From positions 1 through 27,617 of the forward strand of contig JAJZAS010000001.1 in the NCBI GenBank assembly GCA_021799325.1: DNA of 27,617 nt, given 5' to 3'. The position numbers and the translations under genes are program-made. Of this stretch, positions 26,841 to 27,617 are shown one piece after another (within the stretch, counting starts at the first letter, position 1; the number at the start of each line of letters is the position of its first letter). The DNA is from Bacillota bacterium (GTDB taxonomy: Bacteria; Bacillota; Bacilli; Alicyclobacillales; SLC66). Under the pieces are notes generated by a model. That model made no database searches. It was not told where the DNA came from and saw only the letters and a program-made list of their open reading frames with translations.

Positions 26841-27617
26841 CGCTTTTGATATGGCTGAATTCATTGTTTTTGGCAGCAATGGCGCTTTCGGGAACCTTCA
26901 TCAACATCTACATATTTCGTGTGGATCATTCAATCGCCGCCATCGGTCAGTTTAATTTTTTCGAATACTTGGCATACCCCATTGCATTTCTGGCAGCAGG
27001 GAAAGTCTCCACCATCTTGAAAGAAATATGGTTTTTAAGGGTGGGCGTGGTGTTGCTCGCCGGGTTTTTTATTTGGATTATCACTCAGGGAAACGCGCCA
27101 AAAGTCGACCTTTCCATGCTGGGAATCCTGTACGGCTTTGGCCAGGGGATCTACTGGTTCGGATTCAATATCCTTAGTTTTGATTGGACAACGTGGGAAA
27201 CACGGCCCTCCTTTCAAGGTACACTGGGTTTTGCTGGAGCCATCGCGACGACTGCATTTCCTTTTTTGGCAGGTATCCTTATTTCCAAGGCAAAAAATTA
27301 TTCGGGATATTATATGGTTTTCCTCTTATCTTTGGCGCTTTTTGCTTTGTTGCTGTTGATTAGTGCAAAGGCAGCGCACAGTCCAAAAGAAAAGCAGTTC
27401 AATTTGCAGGAAGGGTTTCGCTTTCAGGGGGATCCTGATTGGTTTCGCTTGTGGTTGGGGACTATTGCATTTGGCCTTCGTGAAGGGGTTTATGCGTTTT
27501 TTATCAGCATTCTAGCCTATTCATTGACAAAGAGTGAAGAATTTTTCGGTTTGTACAGTTTGGTGATTGGGACCTTTTCTTTTAGCGCGTTTTTTTTGGC
27601 GGGTAAACTTCCAAAAT
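26801..27617 (+). CDS. MFS transporter (YqgE-like), 3'-truncated by the window edge and absent from the ORF track
   Basis: My manual translation is open for 272 codons: MRTLVWLNLRSGSTLLIWLNSLFLAAMALSGTFINIYIF...GFGQGIYWFGFNILSFDWT...FGLREGV. It has many TM segments and SD AAGGGGGG. Confidence 0.87.
   Translation, partial: MRTLVWLNLRSGSTLLIWLNSLFLAAMALSGTFINIYIFRVDHSIAAIGQFNFFEYLAYPIAFLAAGKVSTILKEIWFLRVGVVLLAGFFIWIITQGNAPKVDLSMLGILYGFGQGIYWFGFNILSFDWTTWETRPSFQGTLGFAGAIATTAFPFLAGILISKAKNYSGYYMVFLLSLALFALLLLISAKAAHSPKEKQFNLQEGFRFQGDPDWFRLWLGTIAFGLREGVYAFFISILAYSLTKSEEFFGLYSLVIGTFSFSAFFLAGKLPK

Noticed and set aside
1-27617. tRNA, rRNA, CRISPR arrays, IS/transposase, integrase or prophage genes
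   Set aside because: None seen. Intergenic gaps are short (under about 140 nt), with no regularly spaced direct repeats or transposase/integrase motifs.

Overview
Chromosomal housekeeping region from a Bacillota genome that looks Bacillales/Alicyclobacillaceae-like (taxon inferred from protein families and SD usage, not proven). It has about 26 CDS and I found no rRNA, tRNA, CRISPR array or mobile element. Gene order: IMPase (partial), Cof-type HAD and pncB; a convergent membrane-anchored class-A beta-lactamase-like protein that has lost all three catalytic motifs; an OmpR-type regulator, sensor kinase, ispH and proline dehydrogenase; a MazG-like, galU, ABC-class ATPase, PLD lipoprotein, PAP2, cupredoxin-like run; hinT and dat, divergent; fadN-fadA-fadE with a strong terminator; a LysM-3D protein; a hypothetical membrane protein; tetR-icmF; uppP; and a YqgE-like MFS transporter (partial, absent from the ORF track). 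Most notable observations: (1) the pseudo-beta-lactamase, whose Lys-rich N-terminal extension is broken by one in-frame TAA and which is divergent from a two-component system whose kinase has an acidic insert in its DHp domain; (2) a ~79-nt hairpin enclosing the SD and start codon of the MFS gene; (3) a shared 16-bp operator-like motif before fadN and tetR-icmF; (4) a cupredoxin-like protein lacking the copper-binding Cys. No database searches or folding programs were run.
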